A DNA stretch of 64,000 nucleotides, from positions 4,774,001 to 4,838,000 of the forward strand of contig JANJGN010000041.1 of NCBI GenBank assembly GCA_026770705.1, in the 5' to 3' direction. Source of the DNA: Isurus oxyrinchus (lineage: Eukaryota). Every line of letters begins with the position of its first letter. Positions within the stretch are counted from its first letter, which is position 1. A model generated the notes under the pieces. That model saw only the letters and a list, made by a program, of their open reading frames with translations, was not told the origin of the DNA and searched no databases. Positions 1 to 12,614 of this stretch are shown here, one piece after another. A program made the translations under genes and the position numbers.

Positions 1-188
1 GCAGCAAGGTAGCCAAAATATGAACTATGCCCAGACCCGCCTCTCATTTCTGTTATATTGGACAAATCTGCAGGCGCCTCCCAAATCATCACAATCTATG
101 CATTGTCCTGGGAAACAGAAAGGAAGAATTCAAAGTTACCAACTTTCATAGCACTGCTGCACCCAGGTGCCATGTAACCAAATTATCT

Positions 189-615
189 GGAGACCAGAAC
201 TGAGCACAGGCCTCCATGGCTGTGCTAAAACAATTACATGGAGAACAGTATTGTGCACAGTTCTCCAGCTGTGATCTAACCGAGGGATATGGAGACTTAA
301 CTGTGCACAGTTTTCTAAGTGTCGTCCATCCGAGGTCGAAAGAGTCCAGAACTGTGCACAGTTCTCCAGGTGAGGCATAACCGATTGATATGGCGGATAG
401 AAAAGTGCACAGTGATCCAATTGTTGTCTAACAGAGTGCTATGGAGACCAGAACTGTGCCCATGGGTCTTGTTGAGGTCTAACCAAGGGACACGGAGGTT
501 TGAACTGTGTACAGTTATCCAGGTGTGGTCAAACCGAGGGATTTGAAGATCAGAACTGTGCACACTGCTCCACGTCTGGTCTAACCGGGGGTTACGGAGA
601 TGGGTCTGTGCACAA
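189..615 (-). repeat. 51-bp minisatellite, ~8 copies, derived from CR1 ORF2 C-terminal motif (array 1)
   Basis: Unit starts at 189, 240, 291, 341, 392, 443, 494, 545, 596. Consensus GGAGACCAGAACTGTGCACAGTGCTCCAAGTGTGGTCTAACCGAGGGATAT; the reverse strand reads SVRPHLEHCAQFWSPYP. Confidence 0.9.
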
Positions 616-1084
616 GGGAATTGCCGCAGCTTCTACATAAAGGGGGTGGGGCAACAGAGGGTTTTGAAACACAGACCAGGGTTAGAGGTAGCATCCCACC
701 TTGTAGGTCATTACTGTCCCAGCAAAGTGAATGAGTATTAAAATGTCTCCCCGCATCCGCCAGGGGAACACACAATGCGGCAGGGGCATAGAACCCTGAA
801 CAAAGTTTATAGGCAATGCAGGATCTCACCGACGGTCAGCACATAGATGGGAGGCAAAAGGCAACGAGGATAGTTGCTTTGGTTATTATCGAGAATTAGG
901 ATTTTTTTTTAAAGGCGATTTATGGAGGGGAATAGCACTGATATGGAAAGCTTTCTGTTTAGGAAAACTTTTAAGGGTTGTGGAACAAAGATGGGCGAAT
1001 GAGGTTAAGAGTCAAATTGATTGGTCGCATAGGCTGAAGAGGCTGCTTAGCCCCCACTTTATTCCCTGAATATCTCTGCTGTGT

Positions 1085-1960
1085 CATTCCTGGGAGATTT
1101 ATAAGCACGGCGCCTTCCTGCAATCATTTCTCCACCCTCAGCGATGGGCTGTAACAGTTTTGCAGGGACTCCTTGATGCCACATTCAGTCAAATGCAGCC
1201 TTGACCTCTCACCTCACCTTGGGAGTTCAGTTTTTACGGTGAATAAGGCTGCAATGTTGTCAGGAGCTGAGTGGCCCTGGCAGAAGCCAAACTGTGCATC
1301 CATGAGCAGGTTATTGCTCAGTAATAACATTGTCGGCGGCACTTTCTCTCATATTGCTGTTGATTTAGAGGGGATTAAAGGGCCTATATTGGCTGGGCTG
1401 CTCCTGTCCCGCTTAATGTCGGCTGAACATAACTGGGCATGATTACACTTTTCTGGGTTGATGCCTGTGTTGCAGCTGTAGTGGAAGAGCTCGGCTTGGG
1501 GCACAGCTCGTTCTGCCATGATATTGCTGGAAATGAGGTCAGAGCCTTAGGCCTTTCCAGTATCCAATGCATTCAGCACTTCATGACCTCACATGCAGTG
1601 AATCGAACTGGCTGAAGACAAGCATTTCTGGTGCAGGAGATCTCAGCCTTACCTCTTGCACTGATGTGGTGAACACGCCCATCATTGCTGGTGGGGATTT
1701 TTGTATAGACTCCTCTCCCTTTCAGTTACTTAATTTCCCACCAACATTGACAACTGAATGTGACAGGGCAGCAAAAGATAGATCTGATTCGTCGGTTGCA
1801 GGTGTACGTAACTTCTTCCTTTGCTCGCTGCTCTCGCTCTTTGACATGCAATTATTCCTGCGTTATGGCTTCACCAGGTTGACCCCTGATTCTTATGTCC
1901 CACTCCTGGGATGCGCTCCTGAAACCTTCAATGAGCCAGGCTTAATTATTTTCCCCATCC
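1085..1960 (-). mobile_element. CR1-group LINE RT fragment (degraded, internally deleted)
   Basis: Minus strand gives KAAFD*MWHQ near 1173-1204 and a QFGF..GHSAP-like motif near 1260-1300. Confidence 0.75.
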
Positions 1961-2024
1961 CTGCTGTTTTCATGATACTGGTGGACAGGGTCTATTTGAA
2001 GTCTATGTGGTTACTGTTGTTGCA

Positions 2025-2487
2025 ATGAAGATTTGCCTGTGGCTGATTAATTTGGGAATTTGTTGAAGTATATTATCGTCATGATGTGGAGCAATATGTA
2101 TGTCTTTAATTTGTTGTTAAGTTAATAAATGGTTAATTAATTTTTATTTATAAATCGCAAGAATTGGTGGTCTTGTTCCTATTAAATTCAAAGTCTGCAT
2201 TTCGAAATGACAAACTGCACAATTGGTTCATGACAGTTGTTTCAGGTTTTCCGCTGAGATTTGAATAACACAGACTTTACAATTGCCTTTGTCAGACTAG
2301 ATTAGGTTTTCTTTTTAGTTAATGAATAAACATCTTTTTAACGTTAAATACCCCAAACATATGACTATACTTGTTGCTGCTGATATCAATAGGTTTTCAT
2401 CTAATTACCAGAACACAGCAATAAGGTAAGCCAAGTTTCCGCCTGGGATTTGGATTGAATAACAATTAACCTGCTCTGGTCACGACA
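2025..2487 (+). mobile_element. Two tandem LTR 3'-end fragments preceding a Gypsy internal region
   Basis: 2025-2300 resembles 5000-5263 (gaagattt...gaatttgtt...AATAAA...cagttgtt). The second piece ends ...GGTCACGACA at 2487, followed by TGGGGG at 2492, a degenerate tRNA-Pro-type PBS. Confidence 0.55.
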
Positions 2488-2489
2488 AA

Positions 2490-5400
2490 TTTGGGGGATA
2501 TCTGTGGCATTATTTACATTCGTTCTTTGGGATGGGTGTTATGAATCCAAGGAATACGAGTCCATGAAGAACACTGAGCTCAGGAGTTTTGTGCCGAGGC
2601 ACCTTTAAGTTTGGAGAAAAAAAAAGGCTTTGGCAGTAGCTATGCCTTTTCTGGGAGTGAAAATGTTACTGTGAAGCATTGAAATCACTGACTAAAACTC
2701 AGCTGATTGTGTTATCTGAAAAGTGCAGGTAGAGATAAAAGTGGAATTTCATCGGGATGATATGATTAAAACTCTTAAAGTTGTAGGAAGGGGCAAGTGA
2801 GACTAATGTGCCTCAGATAGAAGTGGAAAGACTTCAATTGCAAATTCGGAAGCTTGATCGAGAAAGAGAAAGCAAAGACAAAGGCATAAATTGTCAGAAA
2901 GAGAAAAATGTGAGAGAATAAAAAATAATTCAAATTACAAAAAAATGTGAAAAACAATAAATAAAACTTTAATAAGAAAAGGACAGGTTAAAATAAGTAG
3001 CCATTAAAAACCTTGTATGGAGAAAGGGGAGCTGGAAAAAGGAAAATAACGTAAAACAAGAGTTAGAACTGCAAAAGTTAAATTTCAACTTCAGAGAGAG
3101 AAGTTATCAATTGGTAAAAGGAATAAGAAAGAGATAGAGCGCTTCAGAGAGGCAGATGGCCTACAGTGTGAATTGTTGAATGTATAACTTAGAAAAAAAA
3201 AGATAGTGATTCCTTTGAAAAATTTACTTTAATAAACATCTTCGGTTAGTGTCTAAATTAAGGGAGGATGGTTTCGAAACATATTTTGCCTAAGTTGTAA
3301 AGGTCGCAATGGAATTGAATTGTGTAATAAATGTTCGGACTGTAAAGAAATAATTTGTTTGCTAGGTACAAGCTTATCAGAGGAACAATCTGCATATAAC
3401 GAGATAATAAAGAATGCACTACTACATGCTGATGAGAGTGTTCTATCAGTAGTTGGGAAGTACAATAAAAAAGATTCCTAATCAGACGTGCTGAGTTGGC
3501 AAAAGAAAACAGAAATGACCTGGGATCAATGGTTCAGGGCATTGAAATTAGACAAGACTTTTGAAAAAGTAAAAGACGTTATGATTATGGAAATATCTAA
3601 AAATAGCATTCCTGTAAATACTGAGGCGCAGGTAAAAGAAAAACAAAGCCATAAAGAACAGCCAAGCTGCTGTTTTAGCTTGTGTGACCCATATTACAGA
3701 TTATCAGTTGAATGCAGGAAAAATGCAAGATGGAAATCAGCAGGGAAATTGGAGATGAAGCAAAGCAAGTCATGATGAAAGCGTTGGGAAAAGATTCAAG
3801 CTGAAGGGCGTCAGCCTATAAAATATCGAACGGTGGAAAGTAGCATTGAAGGGAGGAAACTGGTAAGTTAACACTATTGAAGTTGAACATATGAGATCAA
3901 AATGTTGGAGGTTCAACGGGAGACCAATTTCACTGACAGGAACGCAGATCAGTTTTGCAATAAGCCTATGGTGAGCTCCGAGGACGTTTTGCAAGATAGA
4001 CCAATATATTATTTTTTGAACAGTTGGAACAGGCAGAATCAGTGGTAGCTAGAGAAGTGGGAATGCGTTCTCAACTTACCCAAGGGAGTCTTGAAGGGCA
4101 GGTTACAGAGAAGTTTAGAGATTTTACCTGGAAAGGAAAGGAATATCCATGTTAATTAGGGGGAAGCAGGAAACAATGCCAAAATGTCAAGGGACAAGAG
4201 TGCTAGACATTCCAAAATATTCTGGAAGAGTGTCATTTGTTTTACAGGAGGTTAATTGCTGGAGCGTGTTAATTCGTGGGATCATTGGAGGAGTCAAATC
4301 TGTTTCATTGTATCAAGTAATTTTAAAAACAATGAATTGCTATCAAGGGAAGTGTTTGAGGGGGTCATAGAGGAATGGCTCATGCAGCGTTAATTTTAGT
4401 CTGCGGAATGATATTTCCGGCTCACAGGTAATGACAATTACTTGACATTAAGAGATTAATGTCGACAATGTTATAGGAAATTGTTTAAAAACTGGAATTG
4501 TTGTAGTGTCTGTGTCTATGTTTGTGACTGTGTCTCTTAACTGGATGAAGGCCACCTCGGCTGGGTGATATGATGCATTGTAGCTTGGGGTTTTCATTAG
4601 ATAAATGGGAGCAGTAAAAGGTAAAATGGAATGCACATTTGTTGAATAAACCATTCAAAGGAATGGAGAAAACCTTGCACCAAGCTAGGTGACTCAAAAC
4701 AATATTGCTAATAAAATTGGTGGAATGAAACGATTACTGTTAGGAGAAGAAAAGTAAAATAATAAAAACTTGTAATGCAATTGGAAATTTGCATTCAAAG
4801 GGAAAGCTAGATTTAAATAGAAATGCGTTTGTCTGTACGAGTCACAGACAGCTAAGGTCAAACCAGCCTGTTCGCCTGGAACTGTTTCTGCAAAATAAAC
4901 AAATTGAAATGAGCCGCATTTTGAATTTGTAAGGTCAGATTTGCTTGGCCTGGTGTCGATTCAAAGTCTATCAGTTATTGGTGCCTTGGCCTTGCTGAAG
5001 ATTTATCTGGGAGCAATTACTTTGAGAATTTGTTTAAAATGTATTACGTTAATAATTTTTAGACATGTGTAGATGTTAAAATTTGTTGTTAAAGTAATAA
5101 ATGTTTACATTAGTTTGATATTAAAAAAACTTCTGATTATTGTTGGTTTTATTTCTGAATTCAGACTTGCATCTAAATCATGCCAGTAAGGCCTATGGCA
5201 GTTGTTCAATTTTCCATCTTGAATTTAAACAACTGAGTATTTATCAACTGCTGCGTCTTAATAGCCAATTGTAGTGGGACAGCCTTTTGAGACACAATCA
5301 GTAGAGTTTGTACAGACAGAGAATCCTGGTTTGTTTCCAAATTGTCTGGTGACTAAACCATAGGTGTGCACGTTTACGCATGAAGAGGAATAACCTAACA

Positions 5401-7365
5401 GAAGGGCAGACAATGCTGAAATTCAGTGGCTGGATAAATCTTTGAAAATATTGCTCAGGAGGAGAGGGTTGAAAAGGATGAGAGTGAAGTATTGAGTTCA
5501 TTAGTGGAGCTACATTTGCAGTGTCCAGTCGTAATGCAGAAAAAAACAGACAGTTTATTCTGCAGCAGAAACACAATGCATTACAGATTTTAATTACATT
5601 CAGAACAATGTGTTAATGAAGAAATGGAGGCAGCATCTTGCCCGTGCAGACGGAAAGTGGGAGTAAAACACGAAGTAGTGATACCATCTGTGTACTGGAA
5701 TTAAATTTTGAGAGTGCCACATAAAATGCAAATCGCTGTACTTGTGGGAATTACGAAAAGCCAAACTAATTACAACGGAAAATTAGGCTATTGGACTTGA
5801 CTACATAGAGATGTAGCCTAATTCTGTCAAAAAAATCGCACATGTCTGGTGAAAGGAAACACATAATGCATCAGTTAAACCTCCACATATAATTCAAATG
5901 CCACCGTTTGTGAAACCATTTAACATTGTTCATATTGATTGTATAGGACAGCTACCCAGGCTAAAAGTGGGAATCAGTACTTACTGACAATCATATATGT
6001 GTCCACAAGATTTCCAGAAACTTAATTTTAAGCTAAAGTGCAGCAAAGTTGATTGTAGTGGCGTAAATTATTACATGATAAGGATTACCAAAAGAAATAC
6101 AGTCTGAGCAGGGATCGAATTTCATGTCACAACTGTTTAGATAAGATATGGATAGCCTAGGAATAAAACAATTTATGACGTCACAGTGTGTCTTAGAAAG
6201 TTGATAACAGTTCATAAGCACTATAATGAGCGTCAGTGATCAAGAATATCCACATGGTTGTTTACGAGGGATTCCATTCTTGTTGTTTTCCATTACGGAA
6301 ATCCTTAATGTGTCAACAGGATTCAGTCCTTTTGAGTTAATTTATGGTCATGAACTGAGGGAAAAGTTCAACCTGATTCAGAAGAAATTAATGGGTCAAA
6401 ATTCAGGAAGTATTTTCTTGGAATATATGGCAATGTTCAGAGAAAGTTTAAGGAAGCCACGTGAGCTAACAAGGAAACAATTAATTATACCTCAGCAAGT
6501 GACAAAGTCAAATTCAGCTGAAAGGGCGGAGGCTCTTAGTTTCTTGGCTGTTGGCAGAGTAATAGTTTTGTTGCTAGTGATAGGTGAACATTTGAAGGCA
6601 ATGTTTAGTGGGCCTTGCCAGATTGAAAAGGTACTGATTGTGGTAACTATGTGGTAAATAAACTCATGTAGAAGGAAATGCCGGCGACTGTACCATGTAA
6701 AAGTGCTTAAAGATATTTTAACCGACATGATAAACAGAAAGAGTTACAGCTATTTGTAAGTAAAGGAACAGAGGTAAAGCATAAGCGTTCTGAAACTGAC
6801 CTACCTCGGATTTAATTGAATATTGAGGAAGGACTTACGAACATAAATGTGTGGTTAGGTTCCCTTCCACCAAAGCGTCAGAATGATAGAAAAGAACGAT
6901 TGCAGTCATGCAAAGCTATTATTGGTAATAAATTGTAGAAAGCATCTTTGGTTGTACATAACACTGAGGCGGGGAATTGAGCTTCAATAAGGCAACACGG
7001 ATATAGATGAAATCCTATAAAATTACCTAAAGTGCGTGAGGAAATTGAATTCCTGCTTCAGAATAACATGAAAGGGCCTAGTCACAGTAATTGGAGTTCA
7101 GCCATTGTTATGGTGTGGAAAACAGATGGGATAAAAGCACAATGTATTAGTTACCGAAAAATGAACGCGATAAGAAAGGCAGATTCATATCACAGGCGAC
7201 GATCAGATGAGCATATCAAGAAAGTCGGACAGTCAACACCTACCACAAAAAAATCCTTGCTGCGAGGGTATTGACAAGTACTCTTAACTGAAAGTGCATC
7301 ATAATTTCAGATGCTGGATGGTCCACATCAATGCAAGTTATTGAACGCCCTTTGGCATGAAAAAT
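2490..7365 (+). mobile_element. Degraded Ty3/Gypsy internal region, order gag-(PR)-IN-RT (Gmr1-like), 3' truncated
   Basis: E/K-rich gag, then WDQWFRALKLDKTFEKVKDVMIME (~3520). Integrase: PFNIVHIDCIGQLP (~5916), GLPKEIQSEQGSNFMS (6082), STGFSPFELIYGHELR (~6313), FSGPCQI (~6604). RT: SNWSSAIVMVWKTDG..CISYRKMNAIRKADSY (~7085-7190), LLRGY*QV, PFGMKN (~7350). Many stops and frameshifts. Confidence 0.9.
4469..5263 (+). mobile_element. Solo LTR nested in the Gypsy pol region
   Basis: Begins TGTTATAG and ends GTCTTAATA (degenerate TG...CA inverted termini), with AATAAA near 5096. It splits host peptide NDISGSQVM (to ~4433) from PIVVGQP..GLFPNCLVT (from ~5265). Confidence 0.65.
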
Positions 7366-9239
7366 AAAGACACCAGCATTGCTTCCTGGAAGAATTATGG
7401 AAGTTGGTGCAATTGATGAAATGATTGATTTAGAAAATAAAATTCGGAGCTATGGAAAATGACGATATATGCAGTTGCTCTGCCAAAGCGCCAAGAGAGG
7501 CTCAATAGCCAAACTGGACTTATTTGGTGCAACATGATTTTTACTTCTTACACAGTGACGTTTTGTATTAAACCTTCGCCAGTTCAATCATTACAGAGAC
7601 CTGTCGCCCTGTTAATTGCCACAAATCTTGCTTGGGACAGTTAGTGCTTCGTCATCACTCTTAAAGTGGAGCCAGTCCCTATTGTGTGCGTGTTATTACT
7701 AACTAGTGAACAGTCGCTCAATTCCTATTGAAAACATTGGTTCTCCGGTTATCTCCTTGTGGCTCTCAGTAGCTCAGGTGAAGATGTCAAAAACTCTCTT
7801 CTTGGTACTTGGATTCCTGTTGCTGGGAGAGACTCTCTCTATCTTGCTCCATGAGATTGTGAAACTGGGAGGAGAGTGCCTCTCTCAATAGGTTTTTCTT
7901 GAGCAATAATAATTGGAACAGGAGTCCATTCAACCACTCAATTCTGTACTGTCACTAAATTGGTACAGGGCTGATATATTCTTAACTCCATCAGTTTAGA
8001 ACCATAAAAATGATTTCCAAATGCAAATCTACCAATTTTAGAGTTGTGCATTTGCACACTATTCCACTAAATTGATGTTTTTTGTCTTTAGATTAACAGC
8101 AGCGAGGCTTATCATCGAAACAGTTCTTTTCCCATCATATTTTTCATTTGCATTCGGCCCCTCGGTGATGTATTCCATGCACACAATACCGCGTGGGCAA
8201 ATCCTTCCCTACACCCCCTCTCCCGTTTGTTTTCACCATCTCCATCCCTAGAAAGTCCTGCAGTCTCACAACCCTGAGGGGATAGCCGCACTCCTCAGAT
8301 ACTGGCAGAATGTGCATCCAGCATTGGAGGCTGTGTCTTCAGATGCCACTGTATTCCCTCCCTCTCTTAATGAGGCTTGATATAAGTTGCTTTTCATCTT
8401 GTTTCTGTTAGGATGACTGATATTTTATATTGTATTTAAGGTGCAACACAAGTTGCTTCCATTCCGGCTGTGTAAAGCCGAAACCATCATATTCCTCTTT
8501 GAGGTGATCTCTTGATTACAATGCAGAGATAAAGTGGCTCTGATATATCACACTTGGGGAGCAGTGCACATTTTCCCTGGTTCGGACACACTTGACTTTC
8601 TTGGCCCATGGCATCAATAACCTCCGCCTTTCTCTTCATCAGGTAGTTGACTGGGATATCCCAGCCTTCGTGGGAAATGCAGACATCGCCATTGTACGGG
8701 AGGTGAGAACTGCTTCAAAAATTGTTTTCCTTTCTTTGAGTGCTGCATGAAGGATTGACTCACTAAAAGTAAACATGTACCATTGTGAGTCCCATCTGCA
8801 TCTCCGACTGCAGCTGACTGTCATTTCAGTAAGTCCCGCTCTGCCACTTCCTCGAGATGCAGCGCCCCGTGGTCCAGTGCTTTCTGCTTCATGTGAATAA
8901 AACCTGCTGCATTGCGCAGTGCTCCTTGTCCATGCTCATTTCATATTTGCATCACCACGCACTGAAAGGGGATCGGGATGGAGGTTGGGAAATGGTATGG
9001 CCACATTGACATGCAATTATGCCACAACTGATCTGGTCGCAGACACAAACAATTTGCCGCCAAAGTCCAAGGCTCGTCCAGCACAATCCACGATATGCCC
9101 TGCAACACAAGAAGGGCAGAGGCATCCTGGGTAACGGCAGAGTGGCAGACAGTCCAGTGGGGCAATAATGCCGAGCTCCCAACATTTACTGCAGACACTA
9201 TGGTGCCTCTCAGCGCAGCAGGGCAAAGACAGCAAACGG

Positions 9240-9382
9240 GGAGAAATATAAAATACTGTGGATGCTGCTAATCTGAAAAAAAACCCTTAAAATATTGGAA
9301 AAGTTCAGCAACTTCAACAGCATCTGGGCAGAAGAAAGAAACTGACAAACATTTAGGGTCTGTGTGACTCTTCCTAAGAGCC
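9240..9382 (-). mobile_element. Old Penelope-like pLTR fragment with eroded hammerhead motif
   Basis: Diverged homolog of 42741-42880 (actgtggatgctg..aatc...cagcatc). The minus strand reads CTTAGGA-A-GAGTC-acaca-GACCC-TAAA. Confidence 0.6.
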
Positions 9383-9559
9383 TTGCATCAGAGGAAGACT
9401 CATAGGGACACAGGAAAGAAAGACTCCTGCTGCTTCCCAAATATCACCTCCCATCAGCTGATGGATATTTTAACCTCTGTGCTGAACACCACTTTAAAGG
9501 AGTAATGGCAGCGCAGATTTCACTCTGATTGCGAGTCCGAGATGTTCCTTACCAGGAAT

Positions 9560-10060
9560 GAATCAGTAGTGGTACGGCTCACGAGTTGGCTGAGTCATGA
9601 AGGAGCTGGAATGTGAGGATTCAAGAACAGGGTTCCTGCTCACCTTCACGAGTGCAACTTACAGTGGGAAGTAACAATGTGGCCTATCCACATACACCTC
9701 CTGCCGAAGGAATAATAATAGACCATATCTGTCAGGATTGCTCTGTGTCAGCTGGTGAAAGAAACAGCATCAGGCAAATAAAAAGCATGTCAATATTGTC
9801 CTCACCAACTATCGCTGTTACATGTGCCAATGGTGATCTTAGTTGGAGTGATATCTACACAAAGCTTTGGAGCTGAACTGTTGCCTTCACATTAAGAAAT
9901 CATTCCATCGTCCTGAAGTCACTCCCACTGTGTTAGATGTGTTACATTCAGAACGGAGCTAGCAGCGCTAAACTGGGCGTATGTGAGGCAATGTATGCTT
10001 GATCTGAAATAACACGTTCAATGTCCGGTTGTTCAACGTTCTGCTCTAGAACACCATCTT
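9560..10060 (+). mobile_element. CR1-group LINE endonuclease-region fragment
   Basis: Degenerate ..LTN...SDH-like stretch near 9795-9860; resembles the fragment at ~57950-58500. Confidence 0.45.
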
Positions 10061-10249
10061 GCAAATGTTGTAAGAATTCATTCCCCCAAAACGTTAGAAG
10101 GAATTAGTTTACTCACTCTGTAATTAGGGTGAAATCACCCACGATTAGAGTTCTGCGCTTCATACAAGAATCTCCAATGTAATGATATATTCAAAGATTT
10201 ACATTACCACTGCAGTTTGGACGACTGTAAACGACTTGCTGCAATGTTT

Positions 10250-11700
10250 ACTGTCCCCTGCTGTCCCTTAGTTGCACCCAAATTGATTCTATATTTTGAT
10301 CTTTCCAACACCGATCATTTCTCAGCACTGTACCAATGCCATCTTTGATCACCAGGTTTACACCAATAACATTCCCCACCTCCTTGTCCTTCCAGAATGT
10401 CACATGCCTAGGATATTAAGATCCCAGCAATAGTTTGCTTGTAGATACGTCTGTGCAATGTCTAGCAGATCAGACATAACAATTTCTATTCGAGATTAAA
10501 ATTCACGTGTTTTCCTGCGAATGCTGTAGGCATTCACAATCAGTGCCCTTAATTCATTGTTTTATTACCGTTTTTGCAAACACTGCCCATGCCTGCTAGC
10601 ACACTCCTAATCTTGCAATTTCTTCTCCTTCCTTCCATGACCTGATTACCTTCGTCATTAAGCCTTCACTCAAAAATTATCTTGCCGTTTCCATTTTATT
10701 TATTCCAACTCACTGAGATGATCTCTTCACCATTTGGTTATTTTAAAACCATCTCTACTTCCTTTGCACCATATCCTGAACGAAAACTGGGCCCAGCACG
10801 GTTAAAGTCCAGACTTCCCTAACGGTAGATTTCCCACTTTCCCAGTTGTAGTGCCAGTGCGACTGCATCGACACCCATTTCTCCTACACTATTTTTCAGA
10901 CACATATTAATGCTCATAATTTAATTCACCTGACACCGTTTTTTAACATCACACCGGTCATAGTTATAGATTCTTATCGTTTCTTTTCTGCTGTTTTACC
11001 TCGTGCCTATCTCCCCAGAATCGCTATGCAGAATTTTTTTCCTAGCTTTTCCAAAGTTTTTTGTACTTACATGGAGAACGACCCAGGTAATCCACTCCCT
11101 CCAACTTGAAACCTCTCCAGCCTGAGCAAGTGTCGCAAAAGCTAGAAGCCTGGAGGTAACCCAGCAGCCTGGATTCATAGCAGCGAACACAACATGACTT
11201 AACAGTCGCCTATCACTATTATAATCCTCATTGCCCCACCCATTGACAAGACATTGTTCAGCATTGGGACATGATCATTCCGCTTGTCTACCTTGCAGTC
11301 CTCCTCATTCACAATGGTTCCATCACTTCATACCTACTGAAAAGCTCATGGAGCGAGGCTGCTTGAAGTGTTTGTTCCGGGTGGCCTTATTCCCCAGACA
11401 TGCTCTCACCCTCCTGCTCGTGACCATTGAACAATCTGATTTTCTCTCTAAGCTAAGGGGAATGACTGCCTTCTGGGGCAAAGTGCCCAAGCAACATTTG
11501 CCCCCCCATTGTCTCCGGACAAATGCCTCACAATTTCCGCAGCTCATAATCCAGCTCAATGTATTCAATGTACTCCATCGAAATGTACATGCTGCTGTAA
11601 TGGCACATCGCCAGCCCGCATCTGCTGACAAACTTACTCATTTAACTGGCCAATTAGTTAATAATTTACAGAGATACAGAATGATGTGCTCAGCTATTTT
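10250..11700 (-). mobile_element. CR1 LINE 5' portion: ORF1 (coiled coil + SGNH-esterase remnant) and start of ORF2 endonuclease
   Basis: Minus strand: IELDYELRKL (~11560), VVLHVSTKNFGK (GxND block, ~11070), HWHYNWESGKSTV...LNRAG-like block (DGLHLN-type, ~10790-10860). Confidence 0.7.
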
Positions 11701-12614
11701 GGAGACGAAGAGGAAAGCTGTCCAATGACCGGATGCTGAAAAAAGTAGGGAAAGAAACAAGTCTTGACCTCACTTTCACAAATTCCCATCTGATCCAAAT
11801 TCCCATCTCCTCACTCAGTCCACATCTGTCTCAGATGTAGCCGTGAGTCCATGCCTCCCTTTTGACATGCACTTTGAACAACCCAGTGTTTTTATAAAAC
11901 ACCTAATGAATCCCCAGCTAGCTCAGCATTCTCTGACGATAATTAACATCTATTAAGTGGAACTACTTAAAGTGACATGGTGCCTATTTGCTGTTCTGAT
12001 GCTCCAGTGCGTAGGATTGGGACAGTACGAGCAGATGATGTTTTAATGCTGAGTAAAGGGTAGTGGTGTCGCTTCTGCACCAGTTCTTCAGCTGGCTCTT
12101 AAATGTTTGAGGCTTCTACACTTCTCAATAAAATCTTCAAAGGAGAAACCACGCTGTAACCATGTTGTGTTCTGATTTTCAACGTGAACACACCAAACAT
12201 AGAACAAGGATTGGTAAAATGAATGTTAACATTTTTAAACTTGAAAATACACAGAATTTTGTGAAAGGTGACCAAGGAAAATTACCTCTGATTAATGTCT
12301 AGCGCCATCAAACAACGGTTGGATCACTTGTGTGCCATGTTAACGTCAAGTGAAGATGCACTGAAGGTGTGAAGGACAAAAGGTAGATTTGCTTGAGAAG
12401 TATGAAAGCATCAACCCTTGCAGATCTGTGCGTCTGTAGTCGGTTTCACTTTGGTCTTCACTGTGGCAACATCTGAGTGATTTGAAAAGCGATTTCTGAG
12501 CTTAATTTAAGACTTAAGAACGCTGTGGGTCCGCAGTCAAATGCAGGTTAGACCGGGTTAAGATGGCAGTTGTCCTTACTAAGTGTACAAGATGGGCCGT
12601 CCATACAGTCTTTG

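Noticed and set aside
189-615. 51-bp arrays as CRISPR arrays or repeat-protein genes
   Set aside because: Units are contiguous with no unique spacers, there are no cas genes and the context is vertebrate. The periodic ORFs arise because the unit length is a multiple of 3.
8858-8952. CTCF-like motif (CAGCGCCCCGTGG) and octamer ATTTGCAT
   Set aside because: Short motifs expected by chance; no snRNA, Ig leader or V segment is recognisable nearby.
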